A stretch of 61,849 bases of DNA, the filler included, from Diploschistes diacapsis (lineage: Eukaryota), in NCBI GenBank assembly GCA_023645945.1. It is 15 parts of 15 records of this genome, joined end to end, with 100 filler letters (N's around TTAATTAATTAA, not from the genome) between each part and the next. Parts side by side here need not be neighbours in the genome. Positions count along the whole stretch, not along the records: positions 59,346 to 61,849 come from JALAIB010002181.1; 14 more parts are not named here. One strand, 5' to 3'. Of this stretch, positions 61,831 to 61,849 are shown piece after piece. Position 1 is the first letter of the stretch; every line of letters begins with the position of its first letter. The position numbers and the translations under genes are program-made. The notes below the pieces were generated by a model that did no database searches, was not told the DNA's origin, and worked only from the letters and a program-made list of their open reading frames with translations.

Positions 61831-61849
61831 ATATATGTAACGTATATGC

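Overview
This is not one continuous locus. It is 15 contigs of a filamentous ascomycete (Pezizomycotina-type) draft assembly, joined by 100-nt N spacers that carry TTAATTAATTAA; 14 contigs are about 2.5 kb and one is 25.2 kb. The long contig (5262-30423) starts with a decayed polyketide cluster: an Af380/thiohydrolase-like alpha/beta-hydrolase, a P450 with a premature stop, and a heavily disrupted highly reducing PKS. Intact genes follow (sphingolipid C9-methyltransferase, an orphan tail-anchored protein, an SDR, GMF/Aim7, an Fpy1-like molybdopterin-binding-domain protein). Short contigs carry GSK-3, eIF3k (with an intronic box C/D snoRNA), a Gvp36-like BAR protein, a Cys-rich protein and a probable peroxygenase last exon. 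The remaining sequence is AT-rich, RIP-like mutated transposon debris: copia, gypsy, Fot1/pogo, Tc1, MITEs and several solo-LTR families. The most notable items are: (1) two unrelated miniature LTR elements (TRIM-like, 608 and 1297 bp), each with a 5-bp TSD, a PPT and a primer site complementary to its own LTR, which suggests Tf1-type self-priming; (2) a dual-guide snoRNA in the eIF3k intron; (3) RIP-destroyed sacsin-like and UCH deubiquitinase genes side by side; (4) a GSK-3 leader that could switch between a uORF and a 144-aa N-terminal extension. All calls were made by eye; no database search was run.
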